DNA of 64,000 nucleotides, taken from assembly GCA_963841015.1 (NCBI GenBank), contig CAWJAX010000002.1, forward strand, positions 224,001 to 288,000. Direction: 5' to 3'. The stretch's first letter is position 1. Each line of letters opens with the position of its first letter. This document shows, piece by piece, positions 50,187 through 61,005 of the stretch. A model generated the notes under the pieces. That model made no database searches, was not told the origin of the DNA, and saw only the letters and a program-made list of their open reading frames with translations. This stretch comes from an uncultured Methanoregulaceae archaeon (GTDB lineage: Archaea; Halobacteriota; Methanomicrobia; Methanomicrobiales; Methanospirillaceae). The position numbers and the translations under genes are program-made.

Positions 50187-50852
50187 GTGAGGGAGAGAAA
50201 CTCTACTTACAGTCAGGGTGCAGCATTGGTGGAAAAGGGAACATTACACAAAATTCCTGAAAAACATGCACGGGCACGCAAAAGGATTGACGAAATCGCA
50301 GTCCAGCTCGGTAGTGCACGGACGAAAGGCGAGCTGGGAACGTACCTGATTCATGAAATTCAGAATTATACCCTGTTCGATCTCCAGATCATCGGGGGCA
50401 GGCTGAACAGCGAGATTGACAAGCTTCCCTCCCCTTACCGTGAATCGATCCGCCCCTATTTCCGTGAACAGCTTTTTGGCAAACACCACCAGCTCCTCGC
50501 CCTGCACCACACCCGGGTGTTTGCAAGGATGACCGATCCGATCCATGACCCGGAAACATTCCGCAAATTCTGCGAGATGCTTCCCGAAGGTGTTTTTTCG
50601 TGGAATGATTCGGGCGAGCGCAATCCGTACTTCCGCAATCCGATGAACCGCCTCTTCTATTACCTGATAGCAGCTTTCACCATGTTTGTCCTCGATGAGC
50701 CGGGTCATCCCGTGGGAATGCCATTCCCCGGTGGTTTTTCCGTTGAACAGCGGGGGAGGGATTATTATTGTCTCATCCGGGACAAGGAAAAAGAGGTTTT
50801 TTATTCCATCTGCAACTTCTGCCCGGCGCACCAGGCAGAAGAGAACCAATAA
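50187..50852 (+). CDS. UPF0305/DUF2115 family protein (start uncertain)
   Basis: YTLFDLQ, EPGHPVGMPFPGG, YYCLIRDKE, CNFCPA. Confidence 0.85.
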   Translation: MRERNSTYSQGAALVEKGTLHKIPEKHARARKRIDEIAVQLGSARTKGELGTYLIHEIQNYTLFDLQIIGGRLNSEIDKLPSPYRESIRPYFREQLFGKHHQLLALHHTRVFARMTDPIHDPETFRKFCEMLPEGVFSWNDSGERNPYFRNPMNRLFYYLIAAFTMFVLDEPGHPVGMPFPGGFSVEQRGRDYYCLIRDKEKEVFYSICNFCPAHQAEENQ

Positions 50853-50978
50853 GAACGCGGATCTTTTTGTTTATCCTCATTTTTTTAAAAAACGATTACT
50901 CTGATCAAAAAGGATCAGCAGGGAAATGATCAGAAACAGTATAAGATAATCCGCTAAAAAAAGGATAACAGGAACATC

Positions 50979-51680
50979 ATGTCCCCGACTAAAGAAAAAC
51001 CGCTCTCATCCCAGGACAATATCAAGAAGATCAGGGTGAGTAAAAATGGTCCCTACATCGTTTCCGGAGGGATCCCGCTCCAGATAAAAGAGATCCGGAA
51101 CGATGCTGAGGGATACTGCAGTACCTGGCATGAAGTAAAGACATTCCCCCTTCAGGAACAGTACGCCCTGTGCCGCTGCGGGCATTCAAAAAATAAACCT
51201 TTCTGCGACGGTACCCATACAAAAATCCACTTTGAAGGAACCGAAACGGCTGATAATGAACCGTATCTCGATCGGGCGGACACGATTAACGGACCTTCCC
51301 TGACGCTGACTGACGCGGATGGGATGTGTGTGCACGCCCGGTTTTGCATGCGGGCTGGTGGGATCTGGAACCTGACACGGCAGTCAGACAATCCAGAAGC
51401 ACGGGACATTGCGATAGAGGAGGCAGGTAACTGTCCGTCCGGGCGGCTTGTTGTCTGGGACAGGAAGACGGGAAAGGCGCTTGAACCCGGATTTGAAAAA
51501 TCTATCGTAATCATTGAATATCCCCCACGGAGTGAACATGGTCCTCTCTGGGTGAGAGGCGGCATACCGGTTGAATCGTCCGATGGTCATGTCTATGAAA
51601 TCCGGAACCGCGTAACCCTGTGCCGTTGCGGAAAGTCGTATAACAAACCGTTCTGTGACGGCAGCCATGTGGAGAGATGA
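50979..51680 (+). CDS. CDGSH iron-sulfur domain protein
   Basis: Two LCRCGxSxNKPFCDG[TS]H motifs flanking a CVHARFC..CPSG ferredoxin-like domain. Confidence 0.92.
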   Translation: MSPTKEKPLSSQDNIKKIRVSKNGPYIVSGGIPLQIKEIRNDAEGYCSTWHEVKTFPLQEQYALCRCGHSKNKPFCDGTHTKIHFEGTETADNEPYLDRADTINGPSLTLTDADGMCVHARFCMRAGGIWNLTRQSDNPEARDIAIEEAGNCPSGRLVVWDRKTGKALEPGFEKSIVIIEYPPRSEHGPLWVRGGIPVESSDGHVYEIRNRVTLCRCGKSYNKPFCDGSHVER

Positions 51681-51684
51681 CACA

Positions 51685-51756
51685 CGCAGGGGAGTGCGGG
51701 CAGGCACTGTCCCCCCTCCTTGTGCCAGCAGCTTGCATCTCATATCAATGAAAAGG
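51685..51756 (+). repeat. Interspersed hairpin repeat, copy E (3' part)
   Basis: CGCAGGGG..GGGCAGGCACTGTCCCCCCTCC..CCAGCA..CATATCAATG matches copy D. Confidence 0.7.
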
Positions 51757-51778
51757 TATGCTGAAGAGGTAAAAAAAT

Positions 51779-53185
51779 TCAGAATCCTGCCGGGTCCACT
51801 GCGTCCCAGCGAACTTTCGCCATTCTTATAAAAACCCATGTTGGGATGACGAGGATGATTGCCGAGAGGGCAAAGTATGGATTTGCAAAGGCAGCTGCAG
51901 TGAAGATTGTCAGGACAATACCAACAAGAATGAGGTACACAAAAAGCACCTTTACATCATACACCAGCACATTGGGGGACAACCCGCAGAGCCAGGCCAT
52001 GACCCCCACCGCGTAAAACGAGACCGAGATCCCGAGCACAACGGCAGGAATGAGATATGCGGCTTCCCCCGAAAAGATTGCAACTGCTGCGATGAAGACG
52101 GCCGGGATCACCTGCAGGATTGCAAACGTAGTGAGTTTGCTCTTGATGAGTGTACTGACTGCAACGGGCAGGCATGCGTACGGACCGAAGGTATCAAACA
52201 TCGTGACCCATGTGTACATCGTTGATGCGATTACACCGGTGGTAATGGCAACCAGGAAAAGCAGGCCATGGGACGGAAAGAACGGGCCCAGCAGGGATAA
52301 GAAGAACCAGATAACCGCGAGGGGGAGGAGGAACGAGAAGATCGTCTGGCCGACAAGGCTCCCGCTCCTGTACAGGTCAAGCGTATCTTTGGCAGCCAGC
52401 GGGGGGTTTGGCAGGAACGAAAACCGCTGCATCAGGGGTGCAAAGGAGTCCCTGTACGCCTTTTCCGAACCCACTGATTCAGGATTGAACAGCACGATCG
52501 CGACCGCGAAAAGGAGTGCCAGGACCCCGCAGGAGATCAGGAAGTTTGCCCACGTGAACGCGCTGTTGAGGAGCAGGGGCGGGAAAAAGAGCGCCGGGTT
52601 CATACCAGTCAGAACCGCAAGGCCACCTACTCCGACACCCATGGCCAGCAGGACGAGCCAGAGTGTCAGGTGTGAACGGGCATAGACTGCTGAGAGAAAG
52701 AAGACGCCGCAGAGGCCAAAGAGGAACGAGAGTGTCAGGGTGAGAAGCAGGAGCAGGGCATCTGCAAGGGGGACACCGGTAAACGGCGATGCCAGGATAT
52801 ACCCGAGGCCAAAGGGGAGTACCCAGAGGAAGAAGTAATAGACGGTGTCCTTGATAACAAAGTTTGTGAAGATGAACTTCTCTGATAACGGGAGGCTCCG
52901 TGCAGAGTAAGCAAGCAGGCTTGCCTGCCCGAACCGTCGGTTCATTACCTCGTTACCCAGCAGCCCGAACCCGCCTACCATGATCCCGAGCATCAGGTAC
53001 GTCGCGTGGATGATCAGCGTGAGGTTGCCGGCCGGGAGGGTTGTCCGCATAAGGGGGAGGAGGAACGACCCCATAAACGCGATCCCGAAGATCATGACCG
53101 GGAAGAGGGCAAAGGAGAGACTGCCAAACATCGTTGAATGAACCCGCCACTCCTCTTTTACCATGCTGGTGAACAGCTCAAACAT
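51779..53185 (-). CDS. Membrane protein, probable ABC exporter permease
   Basis: ~12 TM; start overlaps stop of upstream ABC ATPase. Confidence 0.8.
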   Translation of the reverse strand: MFELFTSMVKEEWRVHSTMFGSLSFALFPVMIFGIAFMGSFLLPLMRTTLPAGNLTLIIHATYLMLGIMVGGFGLLGNEVMNRRFGQASLLAYSARSLPLSEKFIFTNFVIKDTVYYFFLWVLPFGLGYILASPFTGVPLADALLLLLTLTLSFLFGLCGVFFLSAVYARSHLTLWLVLLAMGVGVGGLAVLTGMNPALFFPPLLLNSAFTWANFLISCGVLALLFAVAIVLFNPESVGSEKAYRDSFAPLMQRFSFLPNPPLAAKDTLDLYRSGSLVGQTIFSFLLPLAVIWFFLSLLGPFFPSHGLLFLVAITTGVIASTMYTWVTMFDTFGPYACLPVAVSTLIKSKLTTFAILQVIPAVFIAAVAIFSGEAAYLIPAVVLGISVSFYAVGVMAWLCGLSPNVLVYDVKVLFVYLILVGIVLTIFTAAAFANPYFALSAIILVIPTWVFIRMAKVRWDAVDPAGF

Positions 53186-53903
53186 GGCGATCCGTCCGGA
53201 CGAGCGAGAGGAAGTAGGAGGGCAGGTGTTCGCCCCGTGCAGTCAGTTCGGCAACGGGACCGGTGTGGAGCAGTCTGCCCTTGTGCAGGATCGCAAACCC
53301 TGTGCAGATCTCTTCAGCCACCTCAAGGATGTGGGTCGAGATGAAGATCGTCTTACCCTTTCTGACATATCCTGCGAGGTAATCCTTGACGAGGTCCTGC
53401 ATGATCGGGTCGAAGTTGATCAGTGGCTCGTCAATCAAAGCAAGTGCCGGCTCGTGGATGAACGCCTGCGTAAACATCAGTTTCTGGCGGGTGCCACGCG
53501 ATAGGTCCTTGCAGAGAACATTCTTCTTGTCGGCAAAATCGAGGAAATCGAACCACCAGTCCGCCTTCATCTCAATATCCGGGATCTTCCGGACCGCTGC
53601 AACGAATTCGAGATACTCCATCGCAGTAAGGAAGCTGGGGGGTGTCTCCTGTTCGGGGATGATCCCAACCTGCCCACGGACACCAACCGGGTCTTTGATT
53701 ACGTCAATCCCGAGAACGGTTGCTGAACCGCTGGTTGGCCGGGTTTGCCCGGTCAGCATTTTGATCATCGTGGTCTTCCCGGAACCGTTTGGGCCAAGAA
53801 GTCCAAACAGTGCTCCCTTCTCAACGGCCAGCGAAACATTGTCGACGGCGATCACATCACCATATCTCTTCACGAGATTTTTTGCTTCCAGCACGATTGT
53901 CAT
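53178..53903 (-). CDS. ABC transporter ATP-binding protein
   Basis: GPNGSGKTT, LSRGTRQK, LIDEP, STHIL. Confidence 0.92.
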   Translation of the reverse strand: MTIVLEAKNLVKRYGDVIAVDNVSLAVEKGALFGLLGPNGSGKTTMIKMLTGQTRPTSGSATVLGIDVIKDPVGVRGQVGIIPEQETPPSFLTAMEYLEFVAAVRKIPDIEMKADWWFDFLDFADKKNVLCKDLSRGTRQKLMFTQAFIHEPALALIDEPLINFDPIMQDLVKDYLAGYVRKGKTIFISTHILEVAEEICTGFAILHKGRLLHTGPVAELTARGEHLPSYFLSLVRTDRHV

Positions 53904-53992
53904 TGACCGGCTCCGGTTTGTTTATTCTAACGTGCGAACCTCTTTGGGTAAATATCTCGTGGTTTTGTAATCGAAAAACCAGAAAACTGGTT

Positions 53993-56302
53993 TTACCGGG
54001 AGTGCTTCTTCCTGCGTTCCAGTCGTTCAGTAAGGTCTCCCATGACAGAAAGAATTGCAGGCATTATGAAGATCGCACCTATCAATGAGAATCCGACAGC
54101 GATAAGCGTCGTGATACCGAAGTTGCTGATGATGGGGAAACTTGAAAGGCAGAGGGCAGAGAACCCGAAGAAAGTTGCAAGCCCGGATATCGTTATTGCC
54201 GTTCCTATCTTGTTCACACTTTCCTGGATTGCAGCAATGTGGTCGTGCAGGCGCTCCTCTTCTTCTGCATATCGCTCCATCACGAGTATCGTATATTCAG
54301 CGGCAACACCAATGGTCATGGAACCCAGGGTTGCCGTAAGAGGGGTGTATGCGATTCCCAGCACATACATCGCAACCGCGTTCCACCCGACAATAAAGAT
54401 AATCGGGACAAGCGGGGTAATTGCATGAAGGTGACGGTATACCAGCGCGAGAAACACAAAGACGAGTATGAACCCGAGTAAGGTCATTGCCTCTTTGGAT
54501 GATACGAGCCCGTTGATAAGGGAGGTGAAAAGATAAAACGGACCAACCGGTTGAAGGGTGATACCGGTCGGTGGCTGAAGGTAACTGATATCTTTTTCCA
54601 TCTGGAGCTTGAGGTCATTCATTGAACTCATCTCAAGCTTGATAGTGCTGAAGCGGATGACCCCTTCCATCGAACCGCTCAGGTACGGTTTTGTAACCTC
54701 GGCCGGGATTTTCTCCAGTACGGCGTTGAGCTGGTTCTGGTCCTCAGGCATCACACCTCCGTTATACGCGAGAATATACGTGACAATGCTCGTCGCACGG
54801 GTAAGTTCAGGGTGATGGGCGAGCTCATAATCCTGGAATTTCTTCATCCATATTATGGTATCAAGGTCAGTGACACGACTTCCCTGGATGATGAAGTCAG
54901 CAGTACTTGTCGAGCCAAGGATGCCGGTCACTTTATCCATCTGGACTTTTGCCGGCATGTCACCGGGAACAAAAGCGTTCTCGCTGGTCTCTATGGGGAT
55001 CTGGGGATCGATCTGGAAACCGACCAGGGCGATCATCCCGGCAACCAGGAGGATCGGTATGGGGTTTTTCGCAATTTTTACCGAAATATCGGTGAGGAAC
55101 TGGCCGTACGACCACGAACTCTTTTTCTTTACACTTTGTGTTTTGACCCCCTGATTTTGTGAGGGAATGTAATCGCACGCTTCTTCGCCAACCGCATAAC
55201 AGACCTCCGGCTTTTGTTGTTTCGGGGTATAATTAAGAAGATGTGCAATCGTCGGTATACCAATAAGCGAAATAACAAAACAGCTCATGACGCCTATCAT
55301 CGCCACCAGTCCGAATGAGCGGATCATGGGCACCGTTGAGATAAACATCGCAATAAATCCCATACAGGTAGCAAGCATCGCGTACATGACGGCAGGACCG
55401 GTACGGGTTACCGTTACCTGCACGGCCTGATCAAGCGATCCCTTCCGGGCCTCTTCATCCAGCCTGGCATGGAACTGGATGCCGTAATCGATACCAAGAC
55501 CGATCATGACCGGGAAAGCACCAAGGACTGCCATATTGAGCTGGATTCCGGCAAGCCCCATGAAACCCAGTGCGGTCGTGAGGCCGATACCTACGAAAAG
55601 CACGGGGAGGAAGCGGTGGCTGGCGTAGGCAAACAATATGCCCAGGACTATAACCATGAGCACCATTGCACTGCCAATCAGCACACCCATGGATGATCCC
55701 ATCTCTTCTTTCATCTGTTCCGAGAAGGCTGCACTGCCGGAAACCGAGATCTTTACCCCGGGTGGAGGAGTGTTGTGTGCGATAAGGGATTCTACATTTT
55801 TCAGCGTAGCACTCTTGGCATCCTCAGACAATCCCTGAGAAAGTGTAATCTGCACCAGCGTCAGGACATTTGACGGGACTGCCGTATCTTTCACTTCAGG
55901 AGGAATGCTGGCGACAATCCGGTCGATTTCTCCTTTTGACTGCGGCAGCGTGCCCCCGTTTGCACTTTTTAAAAGACCTGCGATGCTTGCAGATCCCACC
56001 ACATTTTCCTGTTGTCTGATATCATGTTCAAGCTCGTCGATATAGCTGAGGACCTGGGGACTGAGAGGATCGCTGGTTTCGACGATAAGGATGAGCACGT
56101 TGGATGAGAAGGTGTCAGTATAATGTTTATTGAGAACTCCCTCCGGTGAATCCTTATTCAGGTAGGTATCGTTGCCCGTCTCCATCGTTATGAGGGTCAT
56201 CCCGTACAGGGCGATGATAAAAATTATCCCGATGACGACAGCAACTCTCCGCGGATGGCGGTTGATGATATCTGCAAGTCGTTTGAAAATGTGGTCAATC
56301 AT
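53993..56302 (-). CDS. RND superfamily (HAE3/MMPL) transporter
   Basis: Two repeats; IGLGIDYGIQ and IGVAAEYTI motifs. Confidence 0.9.
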   Translation of the reverse strand: MIDHIFKRLADIINRHPRRVAVVIGIIFIIALYGMTLITMETGNDTYLNKDSPEGVLNKHYTDTFSSNVLILIVETSDPLSPQVLSYIDELEHDIRQQENVVGSASIAGLLKSANGGTLPQSKGEIDRIVASIPPEVKDTAVPSNVLTLVQITLSQGLSEDAKSATLKNVESLIAHNTPPPGVKISVSGSAAFSEQMKEEMGSSMGVLIGSAMVLMVIVLGILFAYASHRFLPVLFVGIGLTTALGFMGLAGIQLNMAVLGAFPVMIGLGIDYGIQFHARLDEEARKGSLDQAVQVTVTRTGPAVMYAMLATCMGFIAMFISTVPMIRSFGLVAMIGVMSCFVISLIGIPTIAHLLNYTPKQQKPEVCYAVGEEACDYIPSQNQGVKTQSVKKKSSWSYGQFLTDISVKIAKNPIPILLVAGMIALVGFQIDPQIPIETSENAFVPGDMPAKVQMDKVTGILGSTSTADFIIQGSRVTDLDTIIWMKKFQDYELAHHPELTRATSIVTYILAYNGGVMPEDQNQLNAVLEKIPAEVTKPYLSGSMEGVIRFSTIKLEMSSMNDLKLQMEKDISYLQPPTGITLQPVGPFYLFTSLINGLVSSKEAMTLLGFILVFVFLALVYRHLHAITPLVPIIFIVGWNAVAMYVLGIAYTPLTATLGSMTIGVAAEYTILVMERYAEEEERLHDHIAAIQESVNKIGTAITISGLATFFGFSALCLSSFPIISNFGITTLIAVGFSLIGAIFIMPAILSVMGDLTERLERRKKHSR

Positions 56303-56430
56303 GAAAAAACCTTCCTGTCTGTGAATGGGGGGAGGCTATGGTTGTTAAGGGAAGGGAGGACTCCTTCCCGCTACAATGTGTGGTGTCCCAGGGGGACCCC
56401 ACAAGGTGTTACCGACATGAGAGCGACCAG

Positions 56431-57798
56431 TTACTTTTGTTTCGTTCTCTGACGGTAAACCAGGTAACCGACCAGAATGACAACTGCCGCTATACCTGCA
56501 AGGACAAGAGGGTTACCCAACAGGGAGTTTTCTTTTTCGACTACAATCCTGACTTTCATCGGGTCTGAGATCAGTGAATTATCCAGTGCATCACGGTACC
56601 GGATCTCTGAATCAAGGGCGTACTCCTTGATCGTTGCAGATTTGTCTACGGCGATTTCAAAGGCAGCTTCCCGGGTGTCGCCAGGTGCAAGTGTTCCGAG
56701 AAATGCTGTATCATCATTGCTGGTGAAGGGATCAACTGCGCTGATACGAGCCTGTGCATTGTATGCCGTTGCACCACCGGTATTGGTATACTGGACGGTG
56801 ATTGTTTTTTTCTGGCCGGGAGAGACTATATTTGCGGTGGATGTAACATTAAAATCAATTTTTTTACCGACCTCAAGGCCGATTGTCTCTATATCTGATG
56901 TAGCCTGGTCCCCTTCGCCATTCTCGTAAATCACCAGAACATCAAGCGGGTATGTCTGCGCTTCGGCATCACTTGAGACAGACACTTTGAACCTGCTGCT
57001 GATAACCTGTCCAACTGAAAAGTTCCCGATGTACATGCTTCCTGTGACCGGGAGTACAGGACTCATGTCATTACGAACGATTTTAATGATGGCATTTTTC
57101 CCATTCTCATGACCGATATTTTTTACTTCAAGGGTAACATAGCCTTCAGAACCCGCATTCAGGTGTTCTGCTGTCTGGGAAAGTACAGCAATCTTTACTT
57201 CCGGCTTGATCGTTATCGGGAGATTAACGGTCTCGTTTATCTCTCTGTAGTAATATTGTATCGTGTCAGTACCGTACTGTTCTGCCTCGGACAGGTAGGA
57301 GTACTTCATGGTAAGGGGGAGGTAATAGGTGCCGGAACCTGCATTGGGCTGTACCTTTGTGGTGATTACAGCGCTTGCGATGCTGCTGCCTTTGAGGTCT
57401 CCCAGCATCTGGGGATCGGATTTGATTAAGACCGGGGCTTCGCCCGGAGCTATTGATATGGTGAGGAATTTTGCCGTGTTCGGAAGATCATCACGTTCGA
57501 TAATTCCTGACTGGATAAACTTGAACTGGTTAACCCCTTTGTTCTCGATAATCACTTTCAGCTGGACCGTGTCTCCCGGGCTTACCTCGTTCGAACCGGA
57601 TATATAAGCCGAAAGTTCTGGACTTCCTGCCATGTATTTGGTACCTGTCAGTGCCTGTACGGGTGCTATCATAACAACAGCGCATGCGATTATAATGAGG
57701 CTGAAATACCATGCCCTCGCAGGGTGCTGGTTCATTCTGGCGGGAAGAGTTGCCATTTTCCCGTCACTACTTGCTACTGTCTGGTGATGTGTGATCAT
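56431..57798 (-). CDS. COG1361 S-layer-like secreted protein (RND partner)
   Basis: Signal peptide, Ig-like repeats, ARISAVDPF..DDTAFLGTLAPG, C-terminal TM plus basic tail. Confidence 0.85.
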   Translation of the reverse strand: MITHHQTVASSDGKMATLPARMNQHPARAWYFSLIIIACAVVMIAPVQALTGTKYMAGSPELSAYISGSNEVSPGDTVQLKVIIENKGVNQFKFIQSGIIERDDLPNTAKFLTISIAPGEAPVLIKSDPQMLGDLKGSSIASAVITTKVQPNAGSGTYYLPLTMKYSYLSEAEQYGTDTIQYYYREINETVNLPITIKPEVKIAVLSQTAEHLNAGSEGYVTLEVKNIGHENGKNAIIKIVRNDMSPVLPVTGSMYIGNFSVGQVISSRFKVSVSSDAEAQTYPLDVLVIYENGEGDQATSDIETIGLEVGKKIDFNVTSTANIVSPGQKKTITVQYTNTGGATAYNAQARISAVDPFTSNDDTAFLGTLAPGDTREAAFEIAVDKSATIKEYALDSEIRYRDALDNSLISDPMKVRIVVEKENSLLGNPLVLAGIAAVVILVGYLVYRQRTKQK

Positions 57799-57969
57799 GG
57801 ATATCCTCTTGATAAGGAATGTTTGGTAAAGGTTGAAACCTATTACATATAAATATATCTTTTATAGATTATACATATCAATGATAAATAGAATCCGGGT
57901 TACCGGTGCGGGGATCCAATAATCGCGTCATTCTCATAAAAAATGAAACAACAATCCTCAGTGCATTGA

Positions 57970-59319
57970 TTAGCCGATAAACTTCTGGAGTGCTGCAATC
58001 CGATCCCGGAGTGCCTGTTCCCGCTCCGTTAATTCCGTGATGTCAGTTACGGTAATATAGGTAGACACCGTGGTGTCATGCAGGGCTGCTGTGACCCTTC
58101 CGAGAATACAGCGGCGGTTGCCACCTTTACGGTTAATCCAGAGGGTAAATTCTCCGGGTTTTTCAGAATCCGGCCGGATAGTTTTTACGATGTCTTCGAT
58201 CTTTTCACGATCTTCCGGGGATACCAGATCAGCAGATTTCATATGGGTAAGTTCTCCTTTTGAATATCCGGTGATGTCGGTAATACGATGGTTGGCAAAT
58301 ACAAATTTTCCGTTTTCCACAATGATGAGCCCGTCCTGGATGTTCTCAGCCATCATCCGGAACCTCTGTTCACTCTCTTTGAGTGCAGCTTCATTTGCCT
58401 TAAGTTCCGTGATATCAGTCAGGATGATAAACGCGTAATGGGTATCTGCATGGTGTACTGCAGAGATGCGGGCTGATGTAAACCGGCGTTGCCCGTCTTT
58501 TCGCAGTATCCACATCCGGAGTTCTGTAAGTATCGGATCCTTCCGGTCCATTTTTCGAATCTGGCTGGCTACTGCCTGCTTATCCTCCGGATCGATAATC
58601 GAGAGCGGGTCCATCTTCCATAATTCTTCAAATGAATACCCGGTGATCTCTGCTGTACGTCTGTTCACAAAAACAATTTTCCCGTTTTCCATGATGATCA
58701 GGCCATCATGAATATTCTCAGCCATCATCCGGAACCGCTCTTCCCTTTCCCGGATTTCCCGTTCAGCAAGAACCTGTCGGGTGATATCCTCAAGGATGAG
58801 GGTGAAACCTTTTCTGCCGTCCTCAAAAACTGTCGGTACAGATTTCTGTTTAAAAATCCGCTCCCCCTGATCTTTTACCCGGAAGGTAATGGTGTCTTCT
58901 TTTTCTTCGAACCGGGTCGTGAGTGTCTCCAGTAATTCATGGACATCGATATCGGGAGGGCTGAGGTAGGTAATATTCTTCCCGAGAGTATCCTTCCGGG
59001 AAAGATTCAGCAAGGCCAAAAAATTGTCATTCACATCAATGATGCGGGACTCATTATCCAGGACCATGATCAGCTCGTTTGAGTAACTGAGCATTGCTGA
59101 AAGAGGCAGGCGCTGGGAGAGCGTGAATACTTTGGCCTTTCCATAGGTTCGCATATCCACGTGCCCGGAGATGAGCAGGATATCCAGATATCTCCCGATA
59201 GTGTTCTTGTTTTTATTGAGCGCTTTGGAAATATCCGTTACGCTCATCCCCTCAGGATTCTTTTTGAGAAGATCTTTAATCAGGGAAAGTTCGTGCTGGT
59301 AATCCTGCATCATAATCAA
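57970..59319 (-). CDS. HTH plus triple PAS domain one-component regulator
   Basis: GMSVTDISKAL..RYLDILLISG wHTH; two ERFRMMAENI PAS repeats plus one more PAS; no kinase. Confidence 0.85.
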   Translation of the reverse strand: MIMMQDYQHELSLIKDLLKKNPEGMSVTDISKALNKNKNTIGRYLDILLISGHVDMRTYGKAKVFTLSQRLPLSAMLSYSNELIMVLDNESRIIDVNDNFLALLNLSRKDTLGKNITYLSPPDIDVHELLETLTTRFEEKEDTITFRVKDQGERIFKQKSVPTVFEDGRKGFTLILEDITRQVLAEREIREREERFRMMAENIHDGLIIMENGKIVFVNRRTAEITGYSFEELWKMDPLSIIDPEDKQAVASQIRKMDRKDPILTELRMWILRKDGQRRFTSARISAVHHADTHYAFIILTDITELKANEAALKESEQRFRMMAENIQDGLIIVENGKFVFANHRITDITGYSKGELTHMKSADLVSPEDREKIEDIVKTIRPDSEKPGEFTLWINRKGGNRRCILGRVTAALHDTTVSTYITVTDITELTEREQALRDRIAALQKFIG

Positions 59320-59522
59320 ATCACCTCGTATCTAAGGGATAGATGGAAATGAGGGGGGTTATTGGTAATCTATATGTATAATTAACAAGCTAAAACTATT
59401 TATAAGATTTTGTCAGGGAGCGTATTTTATGAAGCTTCAGCATACATCCCCCAGTTAAACACTATCTTCATAATATATTCTTTTTAATATGTTGTATCAC
59501 ACTTCACCCCGGTGATCCAGAT

Positions 59523-60044
59523 ATGAGCACCACGAGCCTCGAGATATTTGATACTATGACCGATGATGATAAACACCAGTACCTGGAATTTCTTCTCTGG
59601 CACTACCGGGTTGTGGATGCATTCTGGTTTATCACTGTTGCCGAACAGTTCGGTCAGCCTGCTGCAGAAAAAGTCAACGAACAGGTTTGGGGCCGTGTAG
59701 CCGGGATGGCAGCAAAAGATATTGTGAAACGGTTCACTATCACGGAAAAGGGACTGTCTGGTTTTGTAAAGGCACTCCGTCATTTTCCCTGGGCGATGAT
59801 AGTAGGGTATGAAATCGATGAACGGGATAACGAAGTCCTCCTTTCCGTACCTTCCTGCCCGACGCAGGAAGCACGGCTGAAACGGGGCCTGGGAGAATAT
59901 GTCTGCAAGGAAATGCACCGTGCAGAATTTACGGGTTTTGCCCAGGAAATTGATCCACGGATATGTGTGGAATGCATCTTTGCTCCTCCCGATCCCCACC
60001 CAAAGGATATGTTCTGCAGATGGCGGTTTTATCTCACCCCGTAA
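59523..60044 (+). CDS. DUF6125-like protein
   Basis: [31 protein letters not shown]. Confidence 0.75.
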   Translation: MSTTSLEIFDTMTDDDKHQYLEFLLWHYRVVDAFWFITVAEQFGQPAAEKVNEQVWGRVAGMAAKDIVKRFTITEKGLSGFVKALRHFPWAMIVGYEIDERDNEVLLSVPSCPTQEARLKRGLGEYVCKEMHRAEFTGFAQEIDPRICVECIFAPPDPHPKDMFCRWRFYLTP

Positions 60045-60085
60045 CGCGATTATTCGTTCACGGTACCTTTTTTTGCCCGGTCTTA

Positions 60086-60868
60086 TTAGTCCAACTCCTC
60101 GTTGAGAATCTCGTAGAATCTGGTTTTTGCAGATCGTTCCAGCCAGGGACGGTGACCGCAGTTTTCCAGAACAATAAATCTGAAATTTTTTATCACGCGG
60201 GACAGGGGAATTCGAACCCCGTGAGCAGGGTGGGGATCATAGTCCCCGTGAATTGCTACAACGGGACAGTGGATGTGTGTACCGAGTGCTACAAGGTCCC
60301 CGCTTGTCCGCATTTCCTGTGCCTGTTTCCAGACGTTTTCATAGATATCGTAGCGGTATTCAACCCCCTCGCTGGCATGAAGGGGGGGATCCCTGGCATC
60401 GGCTGTATCGATAACCTTTCCAAATTCTGCAAAAACTCTGTTTTTGTCCCTGTTCTTCGGGTCATTCAGTTTTGTTGCCAGAGTTTCCAGAAGATCTCTG
60501 TCTTTTTGAGAAAGGCGGTTTACTCTGGCGCGCATAATTCCAGCAGTATAGGTATCGTCAAACACTCCACTGCTCACAAGAATGAGTTTTTTAACCAGTA
60601 CCGGGTTTTTTGCCGTAACGATAAAACTCAGTAGTGCCCCCCATGAGTGTCCTATCAGGGTTACCGGCAGGTCCCCCAGATCGTTCAGGACTTTTTCCAA
60701 TTCTCTTACTTGTCGGGTTACCGTCCTTTCAGTCTGGAATGGCTCAATTACACCTCGCGACAGGGATAGCTCATGAGCTACTGCTGCCATTTCTCCTGCT
60801 GCACCCGGTCCCCCGTGGATAACTGCAGTGGCAAAGGGTGCCTTGCCCCAAATCCTGTAATTGTCCAT
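60086..60868 (-). CDS. Alpha/beta hydrolase
   Basis: HGGPG, GHSWG nucleophile, HGDYD, CGHRPW. Confidence 0.92.
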   Translation of the reverse strand: MDNYRIWGKAPFATAVIHGGPGAAGEMAAVAHELSLSRGVIEPFQTERTVTRQVRELEKVLNDLGDLPVTLIGHSWGALLSFIVTAKNPVLVKKLILVSSGVFDDTYTAGIMRARVNRLSQKDRDLLETLATKLNDPKNRDKNRVFAEFGKVIDTADARDPPLHASEGVEYRYDIYENVWKQAQEMRTSGDLVALGTHIHCPVVAIHGDYDPHPAHGVRIPLSRVIKNFRFIVLENCGHRPWLERSAKTRFYEILNEELD

Positions 60869-61005
60869 CGCTGTGGTTATCTCTGGTCCGGTCGGAGATA
60901 AATTTGTCAGTACCCTTTTTTTCCCTGCACAACCGCACAGGATATCCTTGCGGTCATGTTTGAACTCATTGATATGTGATCAGTGAAAAACACCAGTAAT
61001 GAGCG

